The position numbers and the translations under genes are program-made. Below are positions 14,679-27,862 of a DNA stretch of 64,000 bases, piece by piece (the stretch's first letter is position 1; each line of letters begins with the position of its first letter). Origin of the DNA: Microbotryum violaceum (Eukaryota); assembly GCA_001244265.2 (NCBI GenBank), contig CDLV01000007.1:1240001-1304000 (forward strand). Direction: 5' to 3'. The notes under the pieces are model-generated. The model searched no databases. It was not told the origin of the DNA and saw only the letters and a program-made list of their open reading frames with translations.

Positions 14679-15946
14679 TCATTCATCTACGATACGGTAT
14701 CGTAGTCTGTCTACTGCAAGCAAGAACTCGCGTCCGCTACGGACGTTGCCGGTCTGACCCTCATTTTCCTGTGCGACCTCGACGCCGAGATCTCGACCCT
14801 CCGTATCGTGCCAGCCTAGTGGGCCGAAATCGCAATCGGCGCAGATGAGGTATTTGATAGCTGCAATAGCTATCGATTGCGTTTTTGTCAGAGCCGAAGT
14901 CGTGGACCCTGGCAACGGCCGCGGTGGCGGAGCATTTCGTGAAAAGCCAATGTTTTCGAATGCGAGAGGCGAGCCGAGAGACCAAAATCCGCAAGACTTT
15001 GCGGTTGTAGCTTTGCTGGGGAGGCCATTGATCGCTAGAGGCAGGGATGGTAACTATATGCAGCGCAGAACCTTGTCAGTATGGAGCCCCTGAGTCTAGT
15101 GTGATACTTAGCCGCATCTGCCTACCTCCAGGTCGTCTGGCCTTGATTGAACAAATTTCGCCGTGCCTCGTTTAACCAGCAGACATCGACAGTCTGCTCT
15201 CGGGCAGTACAAATCGGCGCTGTTCATCTGCGTGGTGGAGTCGACAAGTTGTGCGAGCGGTGTCGGTCCTAACGAAATAAACTTTGTGCCCGGGTTTCGA
15301 ATCGAGGTCTCATCTTCCGAGTGGGCCGGCTCGCTGCGTTGCTCGGCCTCGGGGTGTTGATTGAAGTCGATCTTCATCTCAAACCACTTCTCCCTGCCGT
15401 GCACGACCGACGATTCACCGATGAGTTCAAACCCGGCCTGACGATAGAGGGGGATCAGGTGGTTGTGCGTGATCAATCTCGCGCCTCGGATCCCGTGCAA
15501 GCGGGAAAGATGGGCGACGTAGGCGTCCAAGAGGGAACGGGCGATGCCTTGACGACGGTGCCGGGCTGAAACGCACACTGAATGGATGGCTACATAAGGC
15601 GCGTTTGCGACATGTTTGGACATGGATTCGTGTGTCAACGTGTCGAGAGGTGTGAGGGTGGCACACGCAAAGCCCACGAGCTCGCCATCGGGTGCGTAGG
15701 CACCAAAGAACAAGGGCCCAGCAACGCTCTGACGGTACCTTGAGCATCCAGAGGTGAAACGAGCAAGGATCAGACTACAGTGGAAGGAGTTGACCTGGGC
15801 GGGTAATGGAAAGCTTCAACTTACCGCAGCGTCTCCAACGAGGCCGCCTCGTCCGCTGGGAAGCCGGCGCTTTCGAGCTCGAACGCCTCATGCACGTGCT
15901 CGGCTGGCACGGGCCGGAACGCGAGGGCGATCGCAAGCTGGGACAT
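14679..15946 (-). CDS. Fusion of an AANAT/Paa1-like GNAT acetyltransferase and an Mss4/Dss4-like Zn-binding Rab-interacting domain
   Basis: GNAT part: LESAGFPADEAAS, IHSVCVSARHRRQGIA, LIPLYRQAGF, VVHGREKWFEM. Mss4 part: LYCPRADCRCLL, FENIGFS, YLICADCDFGPLGWH. Confidence 0.88.
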
Positions 15947-16603
15947 GGCAGCGCCAAAGGTCTGGAAGTGTGACTGTATGCAGGGGAGGCGTAGCGATCG
16001 ATGAACTTTGAATGGTACGGAAGAGGAGCGGCCCATACCGTCCACTACCAGCTACACAGCCCAGAAGCGCTCGGACCGCCCGAGACCGTTCATACCGCGG
16101 TCAGACCGCGATCAGTCGTTCTCAGTCGCTGAGGCGAGTCGCGGCCAACACTGTCGTAAGTCTGTGACCCCTGGCTCTGCTTTGCCCCGACCGATTTGCT
16201 TCGCAGTGCCACGCTTCCTCGAACCGCTCCTTTCTCTCCGCCTGGCCATCTCTGAATCTCTGAACCCCCGGATCGGCCCAGTGTCCTCTCCCTCCTGCTC
16301 CGAGACATCGACGCGCTGGTCGCCGCATAACGACTCCATCGTCGCGTCCAAGCTCCTTTGTGGCCTCGCCTCGCCTCGCCTCGCCTCGCACCACATCCCG
16401 TCGTTTGACGATCATTCGAAGCATCCCTACCGACCTGCCCTCGTCGCGCGCCGCTGGGATTTCTACCAATCCCCGTCTACGGGCCGATTTTGTCGCGTGC
16501 TTTGACTGCACAGGACCGTAAAGCCGAAGCGCCGCGACGAAACACACCCCTCGTCAGACCTCCGCAGACTCGTTGGCCATCGGCCCCTCATAGATCTTCC
16601 ACA

Positions 16604-18106
16604 ATGAGCGACTCCAATCTGAGACCTTCGACCTCGACACATCCAGCACTGCCGGAGGAAAAGAACAGGTCCGTTCCCCAGTTTTCGATACGCGCCGCGA
16701 CGTGTCGACTCACTTGGATTAATCCGGGTTGATCCAACCCTCAATTTCGCGAACCGTGTCGGTGTCGGGGCCTGCGTGGGTGCTGATGCGGCCGCTGGGA
16801 TGAATTACATCAATTTGCAGTGTCGTACTCAAAGTCGGTATGGTCGGTGACTCCCAAATAGGTAAAACCAGCTTGATGGTCAAATACGTTGAAGGTGAGC
16901 ACCCAAATTGCGGTCGAGAGAGCTCTCGCGAGTCGCTTTCGCAAATGTTCTGCCTGTCTAATGGTTGCGTCGGGCTCCGTAATCTATATTATGGCGTCAT
17001 TTTCGTTTCCCTTAGGGAGCTTTGACGAGGACTATATACAGGTCAGTCCGAGGAATGGGCTGGGCTCGATCAGGTGTCCTTCCTAATCTTAATCCCACCG
17101 ATGAATTTTCTGTTCTTGGGCGACGAAATGCAGACGCTCGGTCAGTGCTCGTGGCCTCGCCCTTTGTTGTCTCTTATGTTACCTAACTGAAAGTGCTTTT
17201 GGCCTTGTCCCCGGTGTTTCTGTGTGCAGGAGTGAATTTTATGGAAAAAAGCGTTAGTCCGACGTCCGAATTCGCACGTTTGCCAGTCGGCGTGCTCAGT
17301 TTGGCCGCATCCGTTCTCAGATATCGATCCGCAACACCGAAATCACCTTCTCTATTTGGGACTTGGGGGGGCAACGAGAATTCGTAAACATGCTACCGCT
17401 CGTCTGCAACGATGCTGTAGCCATCTTGTTTATGTTCGATCTGTCACGCAAGTCGACGCTCAATTCCATCAAGGAATGGTATCGGCAAGCCAGAGGGTTC
17501 AACAAGGTTCGTCCGTTTCTTGCAAGACATTCCCGGCTTTGTGTGGACGACGGACACTGAACCTCGAGGATTGTGCGAACGACAGACTGCCATTCCTTTC
17601 TTGGTGGGCACCAAGTATGACCATTTCAACACGTTCTCGCAAGACGAGCAAGAAGAGATCACACGACAGGTGCGCTCCCAAGTTCAGGACCCAAAGGATC
17701 GTTTTTTATTTGGTGCTGACCCATTGAGCGCGGTGCACCATCGGATTGTGCCATGCCAACGTTCAACAGGCGCGGCGGTTCTCCCGGGCCATGAAGGCGC
17801 CACTCATTTTCTGCTCTACATCTCATTCGATCAACGTTCAAAAGATCTTCAAGATCGTCCTGAGCAAGGTGAGATCTCCGCACGAACGGAAATAACGAGC
17901 AGGTGATGGCAAGCAGAACGGGAGCTGACCAGTCTTGTGACATCGTTCCAACTAGGCTTTCGACCTGAAATGTCCGTTGTGCTGTCGGACGTTGTCTCGT
18001 TGACCTGGCATTTGACTGACGATGTATTCACATTACCCGGACTCCAGGCACAATACCTGAAATCACGGAGGTGGGCGAACCCCTTCTGATTTATGTGGAC
18101 GTTTGA
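16604..18106 (+). CDS. spg1: Septum-promoting Ras-family GTPase Spg1/Tem1
   Basis: [65 protein letters not shown] and end EPLLIYVDV; includes micro-exons. Confidence 0.95.
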
Positions 18107-19228
18107 ACGTTCGATCGAATATTGAGTTGTCCCTCGGGGAGGGGGGGGGGGGCCCAGCTACGATTCGCCCACATCGGCAAATGCAATCCTTCGCGGGAGG
18201 TCGGAGATTTGTTGGAGGTTTGTTGGAGATTTGTTGTTCATCTTCTTCCTGATGTTTGTAGTTTTCAACGGCTTTCCTTCATGTCTTTCGCTCGTCGTTT
18301 TAACTCGCATAACAATACATACCACCATCCTTCTGAACCGGGCGGAGCGATTCGAAATTCATCACCGTGCACATTGAGGGCCATTCAGGGGTCGCCTCCA
18401 TCGTGCTTTGAGACTCTACTTCTCAACGCTCGAACTTTAGTGGTTACTCAAGCTCGCCTCTTCCGATCAATCTGATAGAGGCATGGGCACATGAAACCTC
18501 GACTGACAGTGGGTATTCCGGACGCCGCTGAGGAATGGGGAGCCGGGCGCTGCCAGGCAACAGCCATGCCGCGGCGCGGTACTCTGCCATGTGCTGTCTC
18601 ACAATTAAAATTCGAAGGTTTACCACCTACAACAGAACTACCTTCCTGACGACACAAACTCATGGCAGAAAACGTTGAGCCTGACAGTGCCTGAGAAGAG
18701 GGGCCGCGTCGTCCCTTTGGCAGAGGTTTTGTACTATAGTTTGGATCCAGTTGTTCCGAGTTGGTGCGTGATCAGTATGGGAAGTGGCAGTGCATCACGC
18801 CCTATCATGGCAGGCAGATACCGCTCCGCACCTCTGTCCTGATGGCAGTCTTCGCTGCATGGTCTTTGGGCCTCGAGATCCCCCGCGAAGAGAGAGCAGC
18901 GGTTTTCCCTATAGCGCATATCATCCACAGGGTAAGAGCTGTCCACGACTTCACACGTCAAAGTGGAAGACAATGCGCCCAGAAGGCGCGGCTGTCGTTT
19001 GACTTTCGCTGCCGTAGTACAGTCGCTCAACCCGCGACCCCACGGGGGGGCCTCACAGGAGCTGAGCGAAGTCTAGCGAAATCACTCCTGTCTCGCTTTA
19101 CGCCGCGCGTTCGTTGAAACATGTTGGGATAGCAGCGAAACCCGATCTCAGACAATTTGAAGCTGGTCGAAAGGCGTATCTCAAAGTACAGAGTGCACGT
19201 GCAAGTGACCATGAAATTGGGCTTGATA

Positions 19229-20693
19229 TTATTCGCTCTTCGCACGTCCAACCCAAGGGTGGGGGTCGCCTTCTGCGCCCTCTTTGCCCACTGGCTTTTT
19301 CCTTTCTGCCGCCAATTTCAGCTCAGCATCGATCGCCAAAGTCTCGTGAGCCCAAAGATCCGAACCAAGCAAGTTGCGTGAATCCAGGCCTATGATCCTG
19401 CGCCACGGCCCAAAACCAAAAGGACGAACCCGTCGGAACGTTAGTATCTTGCCCACCCCGGTCATGGGAAACGGTGCGCCTTACCGCACTTCGTGGCCTT
19501 CTCGGACAAGTGTCCCACCACGCAATATGACTACGGGTGGGATCTCCAATTTCCTCGCTCTGTAGACCGCCGCCCCTTCATCAGGTGGCGCTGCCGGATC
19601 GATTACTTCTGGCTTCCTTACGTCTGCGAGAAGAGCGGTCAGAAGAATCTGGCTCGCTTCACTTGCCGATTTGGCAAACACCCAAATGAAAGGATACGCG
19701 AGCAACCGCAACGGCCAGCCTCCACGACGAATATTGCCTATACTGGCGTGAAGGAAAGAGCGTGTAAAACCAGGACAAACCGAGATAAAGAGGAGATTTG
19801 GATTACGCGTGGCAAAACGGGTGTGCAATTCTTGAACGAGCAGGATAGCCGCGAGGGCAGATCTCCCTTGTGTACGCCACGAGGAGCCATAAAAGACGTT
19901 GTCCGTTGCTGAAGCTGAAGCACGCTCGTCGGGCAAAACACATTTGAGGGAAAGTATTGTCGAATGGTCGAGTGCCGCCGAGTAGAGTGGCGAAACTTGG
20001 GAGACGATTCGCACGCCGCTTGTTGAGTTTCGGGACGACTTCAACAGGACGGGTAATAAGAATTGTATCATGGCTAGGCGAGATCGGACCTGCATTTGAT
20101 GTATCTCATGCGAGATAGGTGCTGCTGAAAGACCGGAGCCGAGTCCGTCGGAAAAGACGATACCGTCGATTTTCGCCTCGAGATCTTGGACCATTCCACT
20201 TTTGCCGTTCTTGCTCCACTGAGCAGCAAATTGTTGGACGGAGGCGATAGAAAGCATATCGCACTGGTCGGCGTATATTCTCTCGTTGCGTGCGGCCGAG
20301 CGTAGAAGTAGTATTAGCTGAGTGACCTCGGCGTCCGTGCGATCGGGGTGCAAGGCGACGATCTGTGCGCCTCGAGCTGCCAGCGCTTGCAGCAACGAAA
20401 GGCCTGGCCCAGAGAAACATCCCTGAAGGCGCGGACAGGAAGCTATGGTCAGTACAACACACCTGGCCTCGCGTCTTTTGCGCCCGTCTACAAGACGTGA
20501 AAATAAGGCTGAGCGAAGCGTAACGTACGACCAGCAGGTACGTCTTGCCGTGCAAGTCTCGTTCCGCTTGATTAATGAACCCTCTTGCCCAATTCCGAAG
20601 ACCGAAGACGACAATGCTGGCCAGGATCGCCAAGATGGCTTTGTTGGGATCTACAACCTCTCGCACGAGGTGCGACACAGCTTCGAGGACCAT
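19229..20693 (-). CDS. Membrane-anchored SDR-like oxidoreductase (YNL181W/PBR1-like)
   Basis: N-terminal hydrophobic segment, ERDLHGKTYLLV/GCFSGPG..LLQALAARGAQIVAL, NERIYADQCDMLSIASV, VRIVSQVSPLYSA, VCPGFTR; last exon 19229-19398. Confidence 0.72.
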
Positions 20694-23600
20694 CGCGCGC
20701 CGAGGCCAGGATCGCGACCAAGCGAATCGCAACAGTTGGGCGGGGGGGGGGGGGGGGACGAACGCGATCTCCGATTCCGAGCAGCGATGAGCAGCGACGG
20801 CGACCGTCAGGCGAATGGATGAATTGACGACACGTAGCCTTGAAGTTTGAAAGTTACGGCTTAATACTTGACAAGGAGGTCTTGCTTGGGAGTGGGGCGC
20901 GGGGACCTCTCTCTCTGTTTCGGTGCAACCTCTCCCTATCAAGTCAACATGAATCACGTTGTGATCTTAGGCAGAGGCACCAGATTGGATTGACCGACCC
21001 GATCGTCAGCGGGACGTAGCTCTATTTTGTAAAATGTGCGTTGAGCCATCAACATTGCGGTATCGCCGGTGTCTTGTGCAGAACTTACGGTCTACGCTGC
21101 CATAATCTTGTTGCAGGATAGGCGGCGGGCGGCTACGCGACTGCGAGGCAGCCCAGACAGCGACTAGACAGCCCGAGTCTGCGCACGCCCGTCAATTTCG
21201 GACCTGGCCCAGGTTGCTCTAATGCTCTTCTTCTTTCACTTCGAGCGTCTCGCAAGCACCTTTGTGCGACCGTGGTGTCAACGTGATGCCGGCACTCTGG
21301 CCACATGCTGCAGTCACTCGCGTATGTGCGATGCCGCCCCGACGCCTGCTCGCGTTCGTCGCCCTCCACAGCTCCACACCCGCCGCGCCGTGTTTCGCCC
21401 TAGCGCCGTGTGCTTGCGCACGCGCCTCATGACCCACCCCACGAAGAGCCCTCGGTCTGTCAATCGAGGTAGCTCTATGCCCAATCCAGATCCTCGAGGC
21501 TCGTCTTTTTCGTCGCGTCACCTCGACGTGGTTCAGAGGCCTGGTCAGAGGGCGTGGACGTCTATCCAAGCTCGGTCCGCTTGTGCGATCGCTTCGGCGA
21601 GTTCCACGAAAGTGGTGGATCGGGCCATGGATACGCGACAAAGACGCCTGATTGCACGGGTCTCGACCATTCTCTAACCCTAAGATATCGTTCCACCAAA
21701 TCACGTTTCGCTCGTCCCATCTGGTCGCACCCACGAACAGCCGTCGACTTTTGGAGGCGTGCTTGCGCCGATTGCGCACGATCTGTGACGGACGGGCGGG
21801 GTACGACCCTCTTTGGCGGTGCTTTCGCAATCGTCTGTTCGCACCGAGGTTTTTCGGTCTGTCATAGCGTGCCAAGCGTTGTGCGATGGTGCGACTGGCG
21901 ATCGCGCACGTCCTTGCGTCGTGCGTTCGCAGGAAGAAACCAGCACCCTGTCGTTGACGATGGACGCGACTGTGACCGCGTCGACGTGGGGTAGAACAGC
22001 AATTCCTGACGCCGAGAATGGCGAGCCGGATTTATGGGCTTGGGTCGCCGACACACGAGAAACCCTGTCGCTGCGGGGGTTGATGGCCCTGGCGTTCGGA
22101 CGCTTTGACGCTCCGAGCCGGCTTCATTTGCTGTAGCACAATCGGTTAAACGAACGCGGATATGATGACTGGCTCACATATGCTTTGACCTTTACCTGTT
22201 CTTGTTACAGGCATCACTACTCTTCCATTCTGTTTCACACCGACCGGAGTGGCCACATTCTGTACTCGCGCAAGCTGCTTCCCACGTGCACGCTTACCAC
22301 CTCGTCTCGGTCTCCGTTGCCTCATTTGACGGCCGCAAGTCTCAAACTCTTCAGTTTGGAAGTGACTGTTTGCGCTGCTTTTTATGCAGCGTGGACCCTC
22401 TTTCTCTACGTTGTGGTTTGAAACCTCTGAGGACTCGAGTGTGTGCAGATGCAGGGGATCGGCGAGCTCGGTCGCACTTTTGTTCACGGGATCTTGGCAC
22501 CTTCGGGGACCGGCGCGGTGCAACGGACCTCGCGCGGTGTAGTTCATCTGCCGTCTGTCCATTCGTGCGTCACTCAACCCGAAGAGTCGGACATAAGACT
22601 AGGATCCGAAGAGCGCTGCAAAGCTGTCTTTCGTGAGCCCTCGGTGTCTGACGCCCGCACTGTATCGGGTTGAGTTGGCGCATCGTGTGGACGCTCTGGG
22701 ACTACTCTGGAGGTCAGGGCATCGTGCGCCAAGATAGAGACACGTCATCTCGCTCAGGGGTCATGATTCCGTCGGGCGCCGTCGCTCACACCGACGAGCA
22801 TGCTCGGCGTCGAGTCCTGGCCGCCCGATCCAGTTGTGCGACCGTGCAAGTCGACTCTGCGGCGGTGTTGGCACCAGCTGGGGTGTTGCACATGTGTGCG
22901 TTTCCTGCATGCTTGTGTTCTCGAGTATGGATGTGTCCTCTCCGTGTTCAAGGTGTGGAATGGTGGTGTTTGTAGTGAGGTGAGGCGCATGACCACTCTG
23001 AGTTCAATTTCCTTGGTGCTTGTGCAGCACTCAGCATGTAATATCACACACAACATCTCCACTGCAACACCCCAAAAAGAACAAGAACAAACAAACCCTA
23101 AGGCAAAGAAGAAAAGAAAGCGTTGACATGCGCGAGAAGTTATCTGATTGGATATGGCGCCGTTCGGGTCACGCGAGTGTTTCTGCGCTCTCTTTCTTCG
23201 GTTTGCACAATATCTCTTTTTCTTCTGACATGGAAATCGAGACGCTATATGATATCCCGAACGTAGGTGAGGGAGAAGTTCACTTTTAAGTCCGCCAAAG
23301 TGATCCTGTCACTGGCCACTTCATACTGTAGTGCTGTGCGCACCTTGTAAGACGAGGCATCCCGACTTGATTCGGGGGGGCCGGGTGACGTGAGTCTTCC
23401 TCAAGCACATTCACTACTGGGGGTCTAAGCTACATTTTGGGTCTGACTCTCCAATCATATCAGTCTGATAAGATGCATGTCCAACCGTGCACCCTTTGCA
23501 GTGGGTAAAGCCGTTAAGGCCTGTGATCGAAACCTTCTCGCGTTCATGGCTTGTGGATCGGCCCCGACTCACTTGCAGTGTGCGTCTGTCACAGCCTCTT

Positions 23601-25633
23601 ACCAATATATGAGGACTTAGGCGGGCCGTGGATTAGTATGAGACTATAGAGATATAACCAGTGGTCTGAAATCCTGTGCTGTACCCACACAAGGCGGCAA
23701 GCCTGGTCGTTGCGATCTGTTACGAACCCCGGCCCCGCCGTCAAAACCCCGATTCACTTCTACTTCCTTGTACACATGTTCTTGGTTCTTTGAGATAGAT
23801 AACCTGCCGGATCCTTCAAGCCACTGAATTACCCTTTGTAGACGTTTCTTTGCTTCCTCCGAGCACTGACAACTTTGTCCTTGCAGTGGCCCCACACCCC
23901 CTTGTCCCAATCCATCTCGAGGGCGACCACCTTGATCCAGTTCCGTTGCCTCACCGTCTTAACCTGATCTCTCACTCGAGACTCCCTCGCACCTTTGTCT
24001 CCCTCGTTCGCCCGCGGCCTAGAAGGTGTCCGTTATATACTCTCCAAAATTCCGAAATGCCGTACAGGCGGCATACACTGCAGGCGTGCACAAACTGCAT
24101 GTGACCTTCCTTGGTAATCCATTTGCTACGAAAGGTACATTACATGCTATTGTACTGCACCAAGTGCCCACGGCAGGCGGTACTCAGCATCTACCGCAAA
24201 GTGAAGGCCTGGATCTGGATTCACAGAGATCCGACTGAGAGACGTGCAAAGTCTGAGAGAAGACGAGTCGGCCCGGGAGAGTCTCCGAGTCGATGAACTT
24301 CAACAAAAGACGGACAAAATAGCGCTCAAGGCTGCTCAAGGACGAAAGAGAGAGGCCCGCATTCGGAGGTGACTTATGACCCACACCGCTCGGCATTGCT
24401 GCATGCTTCATATGAGATGCTCTCACTACTAGTAGTAGCTCGGTCTGGCCTCGTGCATGCGCCACGCGCATTCGATGCGCTGTTGTCAAGCTGTCGAGTT
24501 CGAGGCGACGCCACCACGGCTGCTACAGTTAGGCATGACTCACTTGCCTTCGCACGGTGCCTAGCTTTTTGCTTTGTTTAGACGCACTACTTGAGATGTA
24601 CCACTTGTTCCATGAAATGCTTGACAACCTTTCGCAAGCTCAAACGATCAATTCTACTCAGTTCTAGCACCGTCATGCAGTGGAGTCAGTGAGTATTTAC
24701 CTCCACATCTATTACCTCGAAGGCTGACTTCTTTGCCTGTCGGCTAAAGGTTTTAGAATGATGCCTCACTCCAACGACTGCCAGGCACCTGCAAAAGGTA
24801 CCTAAATGCTGCTGCTGCCTTGAGGTCGGTGCCGGCTATTAATAAAGCGCCCATGGAAACTGGTCTCCGAACCCCGGCTGCACCCCGCACCACCCCCAGA
24901 GGCGCCGATCCTTCGGGCAAGGTCTCCGCCCGCTTCTGAGTACCTGAGTTCCTGACTACTGAGTACTGAGTACTGGGTTTCGAGTCGAGTCGATCCCCGC
25001 GTTCGTGCCTGGCTACGAGTAGGTCCCATCAGCTGAGATGCCCCCATGATTTAGGTCAGTCCGAGCCCATGGAAGGTGCGGGGTATCTAGTCAGCGGCGC
25101 ACCGTCCAGAGTCAGGAACGTCAGTGGTCTGACGAGTGCGGAACTTGCGATCGTGTCGGCGACCACAAAAAGAATAATCTAACCCCGCACCTGGGCCCTG
25201 GGGGAATTCAGACTTGGGGCAGCTGCACGTGACCGGCGCAGACCGCTTCGAGGCGCGAGACGAAGAAAATATTGGCGAAGGCGATCGATCGTGCGCGCTG
25301 TGGCAGCGCCGGGTGTTCCCCACAATAATTGAGCCGTGACCGGGGGGAACAGGTGGATTTCGGGGATAACTTGTGCCGCGACAGACCCAAAAAAATATGC
25401 GAACTCCAAGGCCTGCACAGATCCAAGAGCTCGGGAGTTAGGTGGCGCGCCATGCAGTGGGCTGCCCTGGGCCGCCTGGGCCCTGGGCCGTTCGCTGCGC
25501 CCGCTTTCTCTCGCTCCTCTTTGAGTACCAACGGACAACCGACTCTCGGCACGTCTACCTGTCAACTTCCACTTTCCGACACTTGTTTTTACCACTTCCC
25601 TTTCACTTGACACCCATACCTGTCGACCACACC

Positions 25634-27862
25634 ATGCAGCACTCGCATGACACCGAGAAGGGGTCGAGCTTCGTGCAAGAGCGGCATCAGAGTACGTGTC
25701 CACACCCTTTCCACCGGTCGCGGAGACAGACGGCGCTGACACAGCGGATTTCCGCCTCTGGTTTCGGTCTTGTCGTGCCGGATTCGACCTCTTATTCTGC
25801 CCTCATTTTCATTGCTCTCACTCACCATGGTACGTTCGTACCTCAAACAGTCGAAGAAGTTGCCCTTGCAGGCCATGCAGCGACCGACATTCATGGCCAC
25901 TCGCTGGTCGTGATCGACGAGAAAGCCGAAGCGGCCCTTCGGTGGAAGATCGACATCCGAATCCTGCCGACGATTGCGTTGCTGTATATGTTCTGGTGAG
26001 CTTTCAACCGCCGTACGAGATCGAGATTGTTCAAACGGGGCGCTGATTTAGCGCATCTAGCTTCATTGATCGCGCCAACATTGGAAAGTACGTCGACGGA
26101 CACAATGAAGGTCGATCGGAGGTAGGCTTGCTGACGTTGATCTTTTTCGGCAGTGCACGCCTCGCTGGTCTCGAGAAGGACCTCAATTTGACGGGACAGT
26201 ATGACTATAATATCCTTTTGACCGCTTTCTACGTCGCATACGTGGTCTTTGAGATTCCATGCAACTACATCTGCAAGATCGTCGGCCCTGGCAAGTTCAT
26301 TCCCGTTTTGTCATTCTGTTTCGGACTTTTCTCCTTCGCGATGGTGAGCGGCAGGTCAGGGCTCTCTGCAATGCGCACACGCACACGTCGTACTGAGTCG
26401 TCCTATGATGGGATTCCTACCGACAGGCGTTCGTAAAGACCTTCAGTGCAGGTATCGCGGTTCGCTTTATACTGGGTGTCGCTGAAGCCGGAGTGTTTCC
26501 CGGTGAGTGTCCCGAGTCCAGCACTGAATAGCAAAAGTGAAGGTTCCCCGCCGGTGCTATGCTGAGATCTTTGCGCCTACGTTTCTCTGAAACTCAATCT
26601 AGGTATGGCGTTTTATCTCTCGCGATGGTACCGCAAGGACGAACTTGGCTTCCGCTTGGCGCTGTACATCGTCTGCGCTCCACTTGCTGGCGCATTCGGT
26701 GGGTTGCTCGCCTCTGGGCTTTTGAAGGCACCCTCGTTCGGCATGATCCACACGTGGCGAATGATTTTCTTTGCTGTGAGTGCCGGTCATGCGAATTGAA
26801 CGATCGAGAGGCCACCATACTTACACTTCCATGGGATATCGTGTTATAGGAGGGTATTGTTACGATGGGCATCGCTGCACTCTCCTATCCCCTCCTGACT
26901 GATCGACCTGAGACTGCGAAGGTAAACAACTCTCTTCCAATCAGGCGTCCATAGGGAGGAAGAACAACAATCTGACTCTTCTTTTGTGTCTGATGCATCG
27001 CAGTGGCTCTCGGCCGAAGAGAAGGCACTCTGCGCCGCTCGAACAAAGAGCGAGAACGTGGGATCAGTCGTCGTCGTCGATGCAGTCAAGTCCAAAGTAT
27101 ACATGTCCGGCATGTTCAACGCGAACTCTTTGGTGATTGCCTTAATCTTCTTGTTGGACAACATCACTGTGCAAGGCCTAGGCTTCTTCCTTCCTTCCAT
27201 CGTCAAGACCATCTTCCCCCGCAAATCGACCATCGAATTACAGCTTCGTACGACACCGCCCTACATCGTCGGTGCCGTTATTTCGTTGTTGCTGCCTTAT
27301 CTGTCGTGGAAGACGGGCCGTCGCGCACTCTGGATGGCCGTTTCGGCCCCTCTGATGATTATCGGATACGCCATGTTCGTGGCCTCGACCAGCCCCCACG
27401 TCCGCTACGCCGCCTGTTTCCTAATCGCATCGGGCGCGTTCTCGTTCGGAAGCTTTTGCAACACATGGGCAGCTATCAACACTACTTCCGATACTGCTCG
27501 AGGTGGTGCGATCGCCATCACGGTCTTCGGGGGTAATCTCGGAGGTCTGGTGGCAACTTGGAGCTACCTATCACAGTCAGTTTCATCTCCGCGCTTGTAT
27601 CATCCCCACTCGCGTTTCTGGCTGACGCGTTAGACCAACTCATACGTCGCGCAGATACGCCCCGGACCAAATACCCGGCAACAGTCTCAATTTAGCCACG
27701 TCGTCCGCGATTTTGTTGCTCACACTCGGCCTCTGGGCTTGGCAGAAGCGCGAAAACACGCGCCGCGACGAAGGTCGAATGGACCACGTCCTGGAAGGCA
27801 AGTCCGATGACGAAATCGCCATGCTCGGTCAACATCACCCAGGCTTCCGCTACCGTCACTGA
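25634..27862 (+). CDS. MFS transporter, anion:cation symporter (Dal5/Tna1 family)
   Basis: KIDIRILP, FIDRANIGNARLAGLEKDL, VRFILGVAEAGVFPG, YLSRWYRKDELGFR, AGAFGGLLA, TWRMIF and end HPGFRYRH. Confidence 0.93.

Noticed and set aside
21219-22136. Several overlapping ORFs, one with a faint F-box-like look
   Set aside because: No convincing motif or consistent splice model.
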